A DNA stretch of 56,941 nt from Solirubrobacterales bacterium (GTDB taxonomy: Bacteria > Actinomycetota > Thermoleophilia > Solirubrobacterales > Solirubrobacteraceae), in NCBI GenBank assembly GCA_026392385.1, contig JAPLCG010000064.1, positions 1 through 56,941 on the forward strand, written 5' to 3'. The notes under the pieces are model-generated. The model saw only the letters and a program-made list of their open reading frames with translations, did no database searches and was not told the origin of the DNA. Below are positions 24,357 to 33,056 of this stretch, piece after piece. The position numbers and the translations under genes were made by a program. Each line of letters opens with the position of its first letter. Position 1 is the stretch's first letter.

Positions 24357-25622
24357 GTGGGCAAGGTCGTTGACATAGACCAAGCAGGCACCAAGCGGCG
24401 CGCTAGGCGCGGGCCAGCGCAGGGTCGTAATCGACCCTCAAAAACTGCGCTCGTGCTCGGTGGTGGTGGCTTCACTGGTGGCGTATACGAAATCGGAGCT
24501 TTGCGTGCGCTTGATCTTCTTTCGGTTAACAGCAATGTCAACCAGTTTGATGTCTATGTAGGGACCAGCGCAGGCTCGTTTGTCGCTGCACTGACGGCTA
24601 ATGGCGTCACGCCAGAAGAGATGATGCGCGTCGTCGTCCGTCAGGCGCCGGTTCCCTTCCGTGACATCGATGTCGGGACCCTGATGCGCCCTAACTGGCG
24701 TGAGATGCTCGTCGGCTCGGCAACGATGCCAATCAAGCTGCTTGGTCTGGCAAAGGAACTCGCAACCCATATGGGCTCCGTTACAGCAATGGACGTTGTC
24801 TTTGGGCTTGCCGAGACGCTTCCTTCGGGGCTCTACAGCAACGCCGGAATCGAGAGCTACATGCGCGAGGTTCTCGGTGACCCAGATCGCAGCAACGACT
24901 TCCGTCAGGTTGACCGCGAGCTATATATCGCCGCAACCGACCTCGACTCCTGTGAGCGCGTCGTCTTTGGCTCGAAGGGCTGGGACGACATCCCAATCAG
25001 CACGGCCGTCCAAGCCTCTACCGCCCTGCCAATGGTCTACCGGCCGGTGGAGGTCAAGGATCGTGAGCTGATTGACGGTGGAATCGTCTCAACAACGAAT
25101 ATCGATATCGCCGTTGAGGCTGGCGCAAAATTCATTGTTGTCGTCAACCCGCTGGTTCCGTATGTCAATGACTTGGAAAGCCCAGCGGCTGGCGGTGGGC
25201 GTCGACCACGGGTCTCTGAGATGGGCTTCCCACACATCGGGTATCAGACATTCAAGCTGCTGGCCTATCAACGTCTTCACGAGATGGCTAGGCAGTGGGA
25301 GGATCGCTATCCGGGCGTTGACATCATCCTCGTAGAACCTGCGGCCGATGATTCACTGATGTTCACAACGAACGTCATGAACTTCTCTGCACGACTTGAC
25401 ATCGCTCGCCACGGCTTCCAGTCAGTCACGCTGAAGCTCTCTGATGATTATGAGAAGTTCAAGCGCACTGCGGCGCGGCACGGTATTGAGATCTCCGCCA
25501 CGCGGGTGCGCAAGGTTGTCAAACACTTCACCGAGGACGAGGCGCGAGCAAGTGCCTGGCGTCGGATTCTCGAGCAGACGACCTCAACGCTGCTTCGCCA
25601 GTCAGCTGACGAGCGCGGTTAG
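24357..25622 (+). CDS. Patatin-like phospholipase
   Basis: LGGGG, GTSAG, DGG motifs; GTG 7 nt after TAAACT. Confidence 0.92.
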   Translation: MGKVVDIDQAGTKRRARRGPAQGRNRPSKTALVLGGGGFTGGVYEIGALRALDLLSVNSNVNQFDVYVGTSAGSFVAALTANGVTPEEMMRVVVRQAPVPFRDIDVGTLMRPNWREMLVGSATMPIKLLGLAKELATHMGSVTAMDVVFGLAETLPSGLYSNAGIESYMREVLGDPDRSNDFRQVDRELYIAATDLDSCERVVFGSKGWDDIPISTAVQASTALPMVYRPVEVKDRELIDGGIVSTTNIDIAVEAGAKFIVVVNPLVPYVNDLESPAAGGGRRPRVSEMGFPHIGYQTFKLLAYQRLHEMARQWEDRYPGVDIILVEPAADDSLMFTTNVMNFSARLDIARHGFQSVTLKLSDDYEKFKRTAARHGIEISATRVRKVVKHFTEDEARASAWRRILEQTTSTLLRQSADERG

Positions 25623-26737
25623 GCGCTCGAAGCGTCCCGCAGTGCTTCGATCAAGCGATCGGTCGCCGCTTCACTGCCGCTAATCGTTGCCCGAATGTGT
25701 TCATCGGCACCGACTGCTGAGCCGTCAGTCACCTTCACCCCAGCAGCACGCATCCGCTCGCTGAGCGTCAGGCTCTTAACGCCGGGCAGGCGCGCCCAAA
25801 TGAAGTTGGCGCTGGAGTTTGAAAACTCAACGGCGCTTCCAGCCAGCTGTTGCTCAACTCTTGCGCGTTCGCGTCTGACGGCCGTAACACGGCGATCAAC
25901 ATGCTTGCCGGTGTTCTCCAGAGCAGCTAGCGCACCGGCCTCCGACGGGGCAGGAACGCCAAGCAGAGGGGCGAGCCTTGTGATCAGTGGCTCTCCGTCC
26001 TCGCCAGTGATCAGCCAGCCAACTCGCAGGCTTGATAGTCCCCATGCCTTTGATAGCGACCGAATCAGGACAATGCCGCTCGTTTGCGAGACGAGCTTGG
26101 CGGTTGCATCCATGTGGTCGCGGCCAGCGTAATCAACAAGTGCCTCGTCGACGACGAGCAGAGTCTGATCGTTGAGCTCTTCGCGCAGGGCTGCAAGGTA
26201 GTCGGCGCTCAGCAGATTTCCGTCTGGGTCGTTTGGATTACAGAGCATCAGAACCCGCGACATTGGCCGGCCGTTAACCGACTCAGCGAGCTCGGCTGGA
26301 TCGGTCGAGTGTTCTACTGGAATGGCATCGGCACCGGCTGCGGCTGCGGCAATCGGATAGAGCGGGTAGGAGGGCCATGGCGTGACCAGTTCGTCGCCTG
26401 GTTTTAGTGTCGCCGCGGCTATCGCTCCAATTAGCCCAGTCGCGCCATTACCAACGCCAACCTGACGGTGGGGAGTATTGCTTAGGCTTGCGAGCTGATC
26501 GCGCAGTTCGGTTGAGAGCGGGTCAGGTGCGAGGTTGAGTGCCCGCTTGGCAGCAAAGGAAATTGCTGCGACAACCTCTCCGGCAGGCATCTCATCGCCC
26601 GTTGTTTCGGTCAGGTCGAGAGTTTCAACCCGTTCAAGTTCGCGGGCGCGACGATCTTCGGCTCGGGCACGGAACCCCTCCCTTACCTCGGAATCGGTCA
26701 GTTCACTGAATCGCCGGTAGCGGTCGAGTAGGCCCAT
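25619..26737 (-). CDS. PLP-dependent aminotransferase class I/II (HisC-like)
   Basis: CNPNDPDG, VDEA, RSLSKAWGLSSLRVG. Confidence 0.88.
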   Translation of the reverse strand: MGLLDRYRRFSELTDSEVREGFRARAEDRRARELERVETLDLTETTGDEMPAGEVVAAISFAAKRALNLAPDPLSTELRDQLASLSNTPHRQVGVGNGATGLIGAIAAATLKPGDELVTPWPSYPLYPIAAAAAGADAIPVEHSTDPAELAESVNGRPMSRVLMLCNPNDPDGNLLSADYLAALREELNDQTLLVVDEALVDYAGRDHMDATAKLVSQTSGIVLIRSLSKAWGLSSLRVGWLITGEDGEPLITRLAPLLGVPAPSEAGALAALENTGKHVDRRVTAVRRERARVEQQLAGSAVEFSNSSANFIWARLPGVKSLTLSERMRAAGVKVTDGSAVGADEHIRATISGSEAATDRLIEALRDASSA

Positions 26738-26749
26738 TGACCAACCAAT

Positions 26750-27226
26750 CTAGAAGTGAATGCCGACAGGCGCCAACTCTGCGCCGCTAAAGAAGATCAG
26801 CCAGATCGAGAAGCTAACGGCTCCAATCGCGCAGGTCGTTGCGAAAACCGCTCCGAGAATCCCGTCCCGCTGGTCATGCCCTGCGGCGCGGCGGACAAGA
26901 ATCCAGCTGCGGTCCATTCGCTTCAGAACCATTAGCGCGCCCAGCAGGATTCCAAGAATCAGCAGGAAAGCGCAGAGAATCCCAAGGCTGGGTGAGTCGG
27001 TTAGGTACTGGATCTGCGACCCAACCCAGAGCGCAAGCAGTGGCACCGGCCCCCAGAAGGTCAGCGAGATGATCACCATTGCAAGCAGAATAAGCGCTGC
27101 TAGGCAGGCGTCAAAACGGCGGCGAGCGCGTGAGCCTGGCGGCGGAAGCGCCCGGTATCTGACCGGTCCCGTGCCCGGACGCCGACCGACGAACATGCCT
27201 CCAGTGTCGGTCGGGTCGGTCTTCAC
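26750..27226 (-). CDS. Hypothetical membrane protein (three or more TM segments)
   Basis: Hydrophobic helices; co-oriented and tightly spaced between acyl-CoA ligase and aminotransferase. Confidence 0.75.
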   Translation of the reverse strand: MKTDPTDTGGMFVGRRPGTGPVRYRALPPPGSRARRRFDACLAALILLAMVIISLTFWGPVPLLALWVGSQIQYLTDSPSLGILCAFLLILGILLGALMVLKRMDRSWILVRRAAGHDQRDGILGAVFATTCAIGAVSFSIWLIFFSGAELAPVGIHF

Positions 27227-27239
27227 CGCATGCCTTTCT

Positions 27240-29036
27240 TTATGGCCCGTAGAGAGCGTCGAAGCGGTCGGCGTACTTCTCGTTGACGACGTTTCGCTTG
27301 ACCTTGAGCGTTGGTGTCAGTTCGCCAGTTTCCTGCGTCAGGTCATGTTCGAGAATGAAGAACTTCTTGACCTGCTCCACCTGCGCGTACTTTGAGTTTG
27401 CCGCGTCAAGCGTTTCCTGAATCATGGCGATTACCTTTGGCTCAACTGCCAGCGAGGCGATGTCGGTCGGCAGGCCATTCTGCTCGGCCCACGGAATGAT
27501 CTCCTCCTCATCGAGCGTTACGAGCATTGATGGGAAGGCGCGCTTGTCGCCGTGCATCATTGCCTGCGACACCCATCGCGACTGCTTCATGTCGTTCTCA
27601 ATGTTGGCGGGCGTGAGGTTCTTGCCACCAGCCGTAATGATGATGTCCTTCTTGCGGCCGGTGATCTTCAGGTAACCGTCCTGATCAACGCTTCCAACAT
27701 CACCGGTGTGGAGCCAACCATCGATTACTGCGCCGAACGAAGCGTCATCGTTCTTGTAGTAGCCGTTGAAGATGTTGCCACCCTTGATCAGGATCTCGTC
27801 GTCCTCAGCGGCAATTTTCAGTTCAACGCCGGGAAGAGCGCGGCCAACTGTCCCGAACTTGTGGTGCTCAATTGAGGAATAGGTGGCGATCGTCGCCGTT
27901 TCGGTCATTCCGTAGCCCTCAAGTACTGGAACTCCGCAGGCCCAGAAGAACTCGAGGATCTCCTGTGCGATCGGCGCAGCACCAGTAACGGCCTGGCGAA
28001 CATTGCCGCCGAAGGCTGCACGGACATTCTTGAACAGCCGCTCCTCAGCTTGGGCAAATGGCTCGGCCAGCTCGGCCGGGATCTCTTGTCCCGCTACCTG
28101 CAGGTCGCGTACCTTGGCGCCAACTGCTACCGCCTTCTTGAGCAGCTCAGGGTCCTCGGCGTTAGCCGTGACCATCGTGTAGATCTTCTCGAAGACACGC
28201 GGAACGCTTGGGAAGTAGGTCGGTTTAACCTCTGAAAGCTCGCCGATAATCGCCTTTGTGTCGCCGCCAAAGTAGGCGATCGTGCCGCCGACATCGAAGG
28301 AGATCAGCTGAATCAGCAGAGCAAACGAGTGCGCAAGCGGCAGGTACAGGTAAGTCGTCTCGCCGCCAGCGAGCACATCGAGTGACGCACACATTGAAAG
28401 CACGCTTCGGTAGTTGCCGTGCGTGAGCACGCAGCCCTTAGGTGGCCCTGTCGTGCCGGAGGTGTAAATGAAGGTGAACGGATCGTCTGGTGTGACTGCG
28501 TCGGTCCGTGCCTTGAGCGTTGCGTCGTCAACACTCGCACCGCTCGATCGGAGATCATCAATGCTGATCGCGTCGGCGGTATCGCCAGCAGGGTTGATCA
28601 CGATGATGTGCTCAAGTTTTGGTAGCCGCTCACGAACCTCTGTGATCTTGGCGATCTGTTCAGCGTCTTCGCAGATAATCGCTACTGCTTCTGAGTTGCC
28701 GACTACCCACTCGCACTCTTCCGGAGCGTTTGTCGGGTAGATCGGAACGACAACGCATCCAGCTGTTGTGATCGCGAAGTCGGAATAGGTCCACTCGGGG
28801 CGTGTTGAGGAGAGGATGCAGACACGTTCGCCAGCCTCAATGCCTAGCGCAATCAATCCCTTGCTGATCTCATTGGCGATCACGCCAACCTCAGCAAGTG
28901 TCACGTCATGCCAACTGCCGTCCTGCTTGTACTTGACGGCGATCATCTCCGGGTTACGTTCAACTGCGAGGCCAAGCATGTCGGCCATCGTCTTTGAACC
29001 GGTCGTCACTGCTGAACCTGCGCCTGTGGCCTCCAT
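27240..29036 (-). CDS. fadD: Long-chain fatty acid--CoA ligase (AMP-binding)
   Basis: YTSGTTGPPKG, EGYGMTE, TGDVG, ITGRKKDIIITAGGKN; GGAGAGGAGA RBS. Confidence 0.93.
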   Translation of the reverse strand: MEATGAGSAVTTGSKTMADMLGLAVERNPEMIAVKYKQDGSWHDVTLAEVGVIANEISKGLIALGIEAGERVCILSSTRPEWTYSDFAITTAGCVVVPIYPTNAPEECEWVVGNSEAVAIICEDAEQIAKITEVRERLPKLEHIIVINPAGDTADAISIDDLRSSGASVDDATLKARTDAVTPDDPFTFIYTSGTTGPPKGCVLTHGNYRSVLSMCASLDVLAGGETTYLYLPLAHSFALLIQLISFDVGGTIAYFGGDTKAIIGELSEVKPTYFPSVPRVFEKIYTMVTANAEDPELLKKAVAVGAKVRDLQVAGQEIPAELAEPFAQAEERLFKNVRAAFGGNVRQAVTGAAPIAQEILEFFWACGVPVLEGYGMTETATIATYSSIEHHKFGTVGRALPGVELKIAAEDDEILIKGGNIFNGYYKNDDASFGAVIDGWLHTGDVGSVDQDGYLKITGRKKDIIITAGGKNLTPANIENDMKQSRWVSQAMMHGDKRAFPSMLVTLDEEEIIPWAEQNGLPTDIASLAVEPKVIAMIQETLDAANSKYAQVEQVKKFFILEHDLTQETGELTPTLKVKRNVVNEKYADRFDALYGP

Positions 29037-29125
29037 GAATCTCCTCTCCCAAGGTTTAAACTGCAGTCCTCGGAGTGTAGAGCGCGACGAGCGATAAGGG
29101 CGTCAGGAATGTGTCGCTGCGCTGC

Positions 29126-29308
29126 TCACAAAGGCGGTTTAGATGCCAACTCTGAGCGCTCCACATCTCGCAGGTTGAGCATGAACAGCGTTTTGTCAAT
29201 CCGTCCATGCAGGACGGGGATTGACATCTTGCGACAGGTACTGAGGACTTCGCCCCGCTCCATTCCGACGAGTCGTCCAAGTTCGGTTGGCGTCACATGG
29301 TGTGGCAT
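29126..29308 (-). CDS. Small hypothetical protein (60 aa, HTH-like N-terminus)
   Basis: GGAGG RBS before ATG, TATCAT -10 at 29360-29355; TPTELGRLVGMERGEV. Confidence 0.7.
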   Translation of the reverse strand: MPHHVTPTELGRLVGMERGEVLSTCRKMSIPVLHGRIDKTLFMLNLRDVERSELASKPPL

Positions 29309-29415
29309 TGGTTACCTCCGTTAGTCGGCTGCTGTAGAACCCTCCTATCGACTGATGATAATTCGCACAAGAAAAGGTTGGCTAAATCGTCGCAACTAGC
29401 GACTTTTAGTCGGGC

Positions 29416-30174
29416 TCAGACTGGGTTATCGATATTTACGAACTGGTGGGTCAGTCCGTAGCGTTCGGCGATCAGTTCGCCAAGCCGCTTGATCCCAAAG
29501 GTCTCAGTGGCGTGATGGCCGGCGCAGATCAGATCGATGCCGGCTTCGGCCGCGAGCGGAACAGCATGCTCCGAGGGCTCTCCCGTCAGAAGTCCGTCAA
29601 GACCAAGTTCGGCGATCGCTGGCACGGAGCTCGCAGCCGCACCGCTTACGATCCCCAGGCGTTTGATCGGCGAGCTGCAGTTGAGCAGCGCAAGTGGGGG
29701 CCTGCCGCAGAGTGCCTCGACCCGCGCGACAAGCTCATTAGCTTCGATTCCGCCGGCGAAGGCAGCTACAACGCCAATCTCCCGACCCTTAACGGCACAG
29801 CAGCGGCCAGTGACTTCGGCGCCAAGTCCCTTGGCGAGTAGCGCGTTGTTGCCGATTTCCGGATGAGCGTCAAGCGGAAGGTGGTACTGGGCCAGCGCAA
29901 GGTCATTGGTCAGAAGCGCCTTCAATCGTGCCGCCTGGAGGCGGTCAATCCTTCCGCCTGCGCCGTGAAGGATCCCATGGTGGGTGATCACAAGACCGGC
30001 GCCAAGATCCGCAGCAGCCTCAAAAAGTTCAAGCCGGGCTGTCACGCCGGTGACGATCGTGTCCGTCTCCGTGCGACCCGGCAACTGCAAACCATTTGGT
30101 GACCAGTCGTCGAACGCTGCCGCGTCGAGCAGCGTGTCGCAGAAGTTGATTATTTCGTCGATCTCTGTCGGCAT
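29416..30174 (-). CDS. Nif3/YbgI-like dinuclear metal centre protein
   Basis: NGLQ, THHG, YHLPLDAHPEIGNN, GHHATE; ATG 7 nt after TAGGCT. Confidence 0.92.
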   Translation of the reverse strand: MPTEIDEIINFCDTLLDAAAFDDWSPNGLQLPGRTETDTIVTGVTARLELFEAAADLGAGLVITHHGILHGAGGRIDRLQAARLKALLTNDLALAQYHLPLDAHPEIGNNALLAKGLGAEVTGRCCAVKGREIGVVAAFAGGIEANELVARVEALCGRPPLALLNCSSPIKRLGIVSGAAASSVPAIAELGLDGLLTGEPSEHAVPLAAEAGIDLICAGHHATETFGIKRLGELIAERYGLTHQFVNIDNPV

Positions 30175-30212
30175 GTGCGCAAGCCTAGCCCGGTCGGTAC
30201 GCTCCCGTAGCA

Positions 30213-30470
30213 ATGGTTGCCGAGGGAAGCAGTTCAGGGACTAGCGAGGATTTCCTCTCCTCGTTGATGGATACGCGCCTCTACTCAATTGGCGCCTACT
30301 TCTGTGATCAGCATCCTGAACTCGTTGACGACGTGATCACCGAGGCTGCCGCGATTGAGTCCGCTGGTCTCGAACACTACGCTCGCCAGCAAGGCGAACC
30401 GGTTGAGGCACTTTTCAACACGCTCCTTACTGGGCTTGCAGTCCGTTATTACAAGGCTGTTGCTGGCTAA
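30213..30470 (+). CDS. Hypothetical protein (85 aa)
   Basis: Divergent from the Nif3 gene, fills the gap to the tRNA, TACGCT upstream. Confidence 0.7.
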   Translation: MVAEGSSSGTSEDFLSSLMDTRLYSIGAYFCDQHPELVDDVITEAAAIESAGLEHYARQQGEPVEALFNTLLTGLAVRYYKAVAG

Positions 30471-30538
30471 GCAACTGGTCGGAGTGTCGGTTCCTAGTCG
30501 CTTGCGTAGGATGTGCGGGAGGCTTGTTTCGCCAACAT

Positions 30539-30612
30539 CGGGGCGTAGCGCAGCCTGGTAGCGCGCACCGTTCGGGACGGTGAGGTCCCGGGTTCAAATC
30601 CCGGCGCCCCGA
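30539..30612 (+). tRNA. tRNA-Pro (anticodon CGG), CCA not encoded
   Basis: Acceptor CGGGGCG/CGCCCCG; anticodon arm CACCG-TTCGGGA-CGGTG; T-loop GGTTCAAATCC. Confidence 0.97.
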
Positions 30613-30617
30613 TTTTC

Positions 30618-30662
30618 AGGGCCTCCGCGGCGCACAGCCTCGGGGCCCTTTCGTTTTTCTTT
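30618..30662 (+). terminator. Intrinsic terminator after tRNA-Pro
   Basis: AGGGCCTCCG...CGGGGCCCT stem followed by TTCGTTTTTCTTT. Confidence 0.75.
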
Positions 30663-30665
30663 CGC

Positions 30666-32306
30666 TTAGCCGAGTGTGACGGTGGCGGTTTTGGTGAGCG
30701 TGCCGCGGGCGCTTTTGGCTGTGAGGATCCACGCCCAGGTGCCTTTGGCTGCGGTTTTGCCTGCGAGCTTTCGGTTCCAGCTGTAGGTGCCGGGGCCGGC
30801 TGTTGCTTTCGGGATGGTCGTGACCGGCAGTTGCTTGATGGTCGTGACTTTTTTGGTGGTGGTCTTTTTGCCCTTCTTGACCTTGATGGTGGTCGTGACG
30901 CGTTGGGCGATCGTGATCGTGACCCTCGAGTCGTCGCTGGTCTCCCACTTGAAATCCACCTTGGCCGAGTTGGGCGTGGAAGTTGTGTTCTGGAGGATGA
31001 ACGCCGAGGGTGCGAGCGCGGTGCCGCTAAGGGGAATCGTGTGGGTGCCAAGGGTCGAGTCGTCTGTGACCGTGACTTGGGCTGAGAGGTCGCCGCGCTG
31101 CCAGACCTTCGGGCTGAACCAGACTCGCAGCGGGCAGCTTGCACCGTCAGTTACGGCCTGACCATTGGTGCAGGATTGCGAGAGGAGCTTGAACGCTGCG
31201 CCACCGCTTCCCGTGAGGGTCACCGTGCCGATCGTCAGGGCAACGCCCGGCAGGGACGGCGAGCTGGTGATGAACGATTTCAACACGGCACTGCGCTGAC
31301 CGCCGGTCACATCTCCGAAGTCCAGGCCACTCGGGTCACCGGAGTCGACCAGGGCGCCTGAAAGGCTCGGGAAAGCACCCGCGGGCACGCTCGTCTGACC
31401 GTAGCTGTTGCTGCCCCAGCAGGCGGCTATGCCGTTGGTCTTGATCGCGCACGTGTGGCCGCCCCCGGCGGTGATCTGTTTGACGGTTCCGAGGTCGGTT
31501 GGCACGCTCGTCTGACCCTCGCTGTTGCTGCCCCAGCAGGTTGCTGTGTCGTTGGTCTTGATCGCGCACGTGTGGTAGAGGCCGGCGGTGATCTGTTTGA
31601 CCGTGCCGAACTCTGGTGGCACGCTCGTTTGACCGTCGCTGTTGTAGCCCCAGCAGGTGGCAGTGTCGTTGGTCTTGATCGCGCATGTGTGATTCATACC
31701 GGCGGTGATCTGTCTGACAGTTCCGAGGTCGGTTGGCACGGTTGTCCGACCGTTGCCGTCGTAGCCCCAGCAGGCGGCTGTGTCGTTGGTCTTGATCGCG
31801 CACGTGTGATAATTGCCGGCGGTGATTTGTTTGACCGTGCCGAGGTCGGTTGGCACGCTTGCCTGCCCGTCGCCGTTCCTGCCCCAGCAGGTGGCTGTGT
31901 CGTCGGTCTTGACCGCGCACGTGTGGATGCCACCAGCGGTGATCTGTTTGACCGTTCCGAGGTCGGTTGGCACGGTTGTCTGACCGGAGTCGCTCCTGCC
32001 CCAGCAGGTGACGGTGTCGTCGGTCTTGATCGCGCATGTGTGATTGATACCGGCGGTGATCTGTTTGACCGTGCCGAACTCTGATGGCACGGTCGCCTGA
32101 CCGTAGTAGTTGTAGCCCCAGCAGGTGGCGGTGTCGTTGGTCTTGATCGCGCACGACGTGCCGAAGAGGCCGGCGGTGATTGAGGGGAAGGTGGCAGCTT
32201 CAGCAGAGGATGCGCCGACGGCGGCAGTGGTGAGTGATGCTGAGATCGCGACTGCGCCTGCGAGGGCGGCGGCTCGACGGACGGACATTCGGTAAAGGTG
32301 ACTCAT
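30666..32306 (-). CDS. Secreted RCC1/BLIP-II-like 7-repeat beta-propeller protein with ASH-type Ig-like domain and Lys/Thr-rich C-terminal domain
   Basis: Signal peptide ending AEA; repeats ITAGxxHTCAIKTxDTxxCWGxxxxGQ; LDFGDV...SCPLRVWFSP...IPLSGTA; GGAGG RBS. Confidence 0.9.
   Translation of the reverse strand: MSHLYRMSVRRAAALAGAVAISASLTTAAVGASSAEAATFPSITAGLFGTSCAIKTNDTATCWGYNYYGQATVPSEFGTVKQITAGINHTCAIKTDDTVTCWGRSDSGQTTVPTDLGTVKQITAGGIHTCAVKTDDTATCWGRNGDGQASVPTDLGTVKQITAGNYHTCAIKTNDTAACWGYDGNGRTTVPTDLGTVRQITAGMNHTCAIKTNDTATCWGYNSDGQTSVPPEFGTVKQITAGLYHTCAIKTNDTATCWGSNSEGQTSVPTDLGTVKQITAGGGHTCAIKTNGIAACWGSNSYGQTSVPAGAFPSLSGALVDSGDPSGLDFGDVTGGQRSAVLKSFITSSPSLPGVALTIGTVTLTGSGGAAFKLLSQSCTNGQAVTDGASCPLRVWFSPKVWQRGDLSAQVTVTDDSTLGTHTIPLSGTALAPSAFILQNTTSTPNSAKVDFKWETSDDSRVTITIAQRVTTTIKVKKGKKTTTKKVTTIKQLPVTTIPKATAGPGTYSWNRKLAGKTAAKGTWAWILTAKSARGTLTKTATVTLG
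31383..32184 (-). repeat. Seven tandem 117-nt (39-aa) coding repeats
   Basis: CCCCAGCAGG recurs on the + strand at 31414, 31531, 31648, 31765, 31882, 31999, 32116 (exact 117-nt period). Confidence 0.97.
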
Positions 32307-32550
32307 TGGAACGGTTCCTCCGTGGTTTGGTTGTTCGTCTTCCTGAGCGATCCGGTGGCTGGAACACCCACAACAGAGCAGGGTAGAAACTACGTGCTAC
32401 CAAGTCAAGGCCACGGCGTTGGCACGCACTACCCCGGAGCGCTCGATCCGGACCGGAAGTCCCCCATCATCAACGTCGAGTCCCTTGTAGTTCACATAGC
32501 GGTATGCGAGCCGGTACGAGCCCTCGCGAATCGCCCTCAAGCTGGTGTGG

Positions 32551-32976
32551 TCAGTCCTCTGTTTGCCGCCGCGATCGTTTCGTGGCTCCACGGCGCTTCT
32601 TGGCGCTGATTCGCTTCTCAACCGATGAGCGGCTTGGGCGTGTCTTACGGCGCTTCGCCGGTGGCGGTGCGAAGGCGGCCGCAAGCACCTCGGTGAGTTT
32701 CTGCTCGGCTGACTGGCGGTTTTGGAGCTGCGAGCGCTGCTCTGAGGCTGAGACAGTCAGCCTTCCATCAACTAGTCGCGATCCGAGCCGTTCAATCGCG
32801 CGCTCCTTTAGATAGGGAGCAATTGCCTGCGAGCCGATCAGGTCGAAGCTCAGCTCAACGCGTGAATCGGTTGTGTTAACACCCTGTCCGCCTGGCCCGG
32901 ACGAGCGCGAAAAACGCCATGCAAGTTCACTGCGTGGAATTGACACGCGATTATCGATTATTAGATCGTCAGCCAT
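32551..32976 (-). CDS. arfB: Alternative ribosome rescue factor, peptidyl-tRNA hydrolase ArfB
   Basis: FSRSSGPGGQGVN (GGQ), RSQLQNR, basic tail; ATG 32976. Confidence 0.95.
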   Translation of the reverse strand: MADDLIIDNRVSIPRSELAWRFSRSSGPGGQGVNTTDSRVELSFDLIGSQAIAPYLKERAIERLGSRLVDGRLTVSASEQRSQLQNRQSAEQKLTEVLAAAFAPPPAKRRKTRPSRSSVEKRISAKKRRGATKRSRRQTED

Positions 32977-33056
32977 CGCCAAGCCTTCCCTTGTTACCAG
33001 CGTATCGCTGGACCGATGTCCACCAGCTGCCCTGATGCCTGTCAAGCTTCGCCGCA

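Noticed and set aside
24269..24541. Long head-to-head overlap of dacB and patatin implied by the ORF track
   Set aside because: Better starts (ATG 24268 before the signal peptide, GTG 24357) remove the overlap.
31336..32154. Alternative-frame ORFs of 272 aa (-) and 209 aa (+) over the repeats
   Set aside because: Shadows of a stop-free repeated unit; only the 546-aa frame has a signal peptide, RBS and known repeat motif.
31383..32184. CRISPR array (regular repeats with variable segments)
   Set aside because: The period is 117 nt and in frame within one long ORF, the variable parts are only 6-12 nt, and no cas genes are present.
30539..33000. Complete DGR, prophage or integrative element at tRNA-Pro
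   Set aside because: No reverse transcriptase, Avd, template repeat, integrase or duplicated tRNA 3' end is visible in the window.
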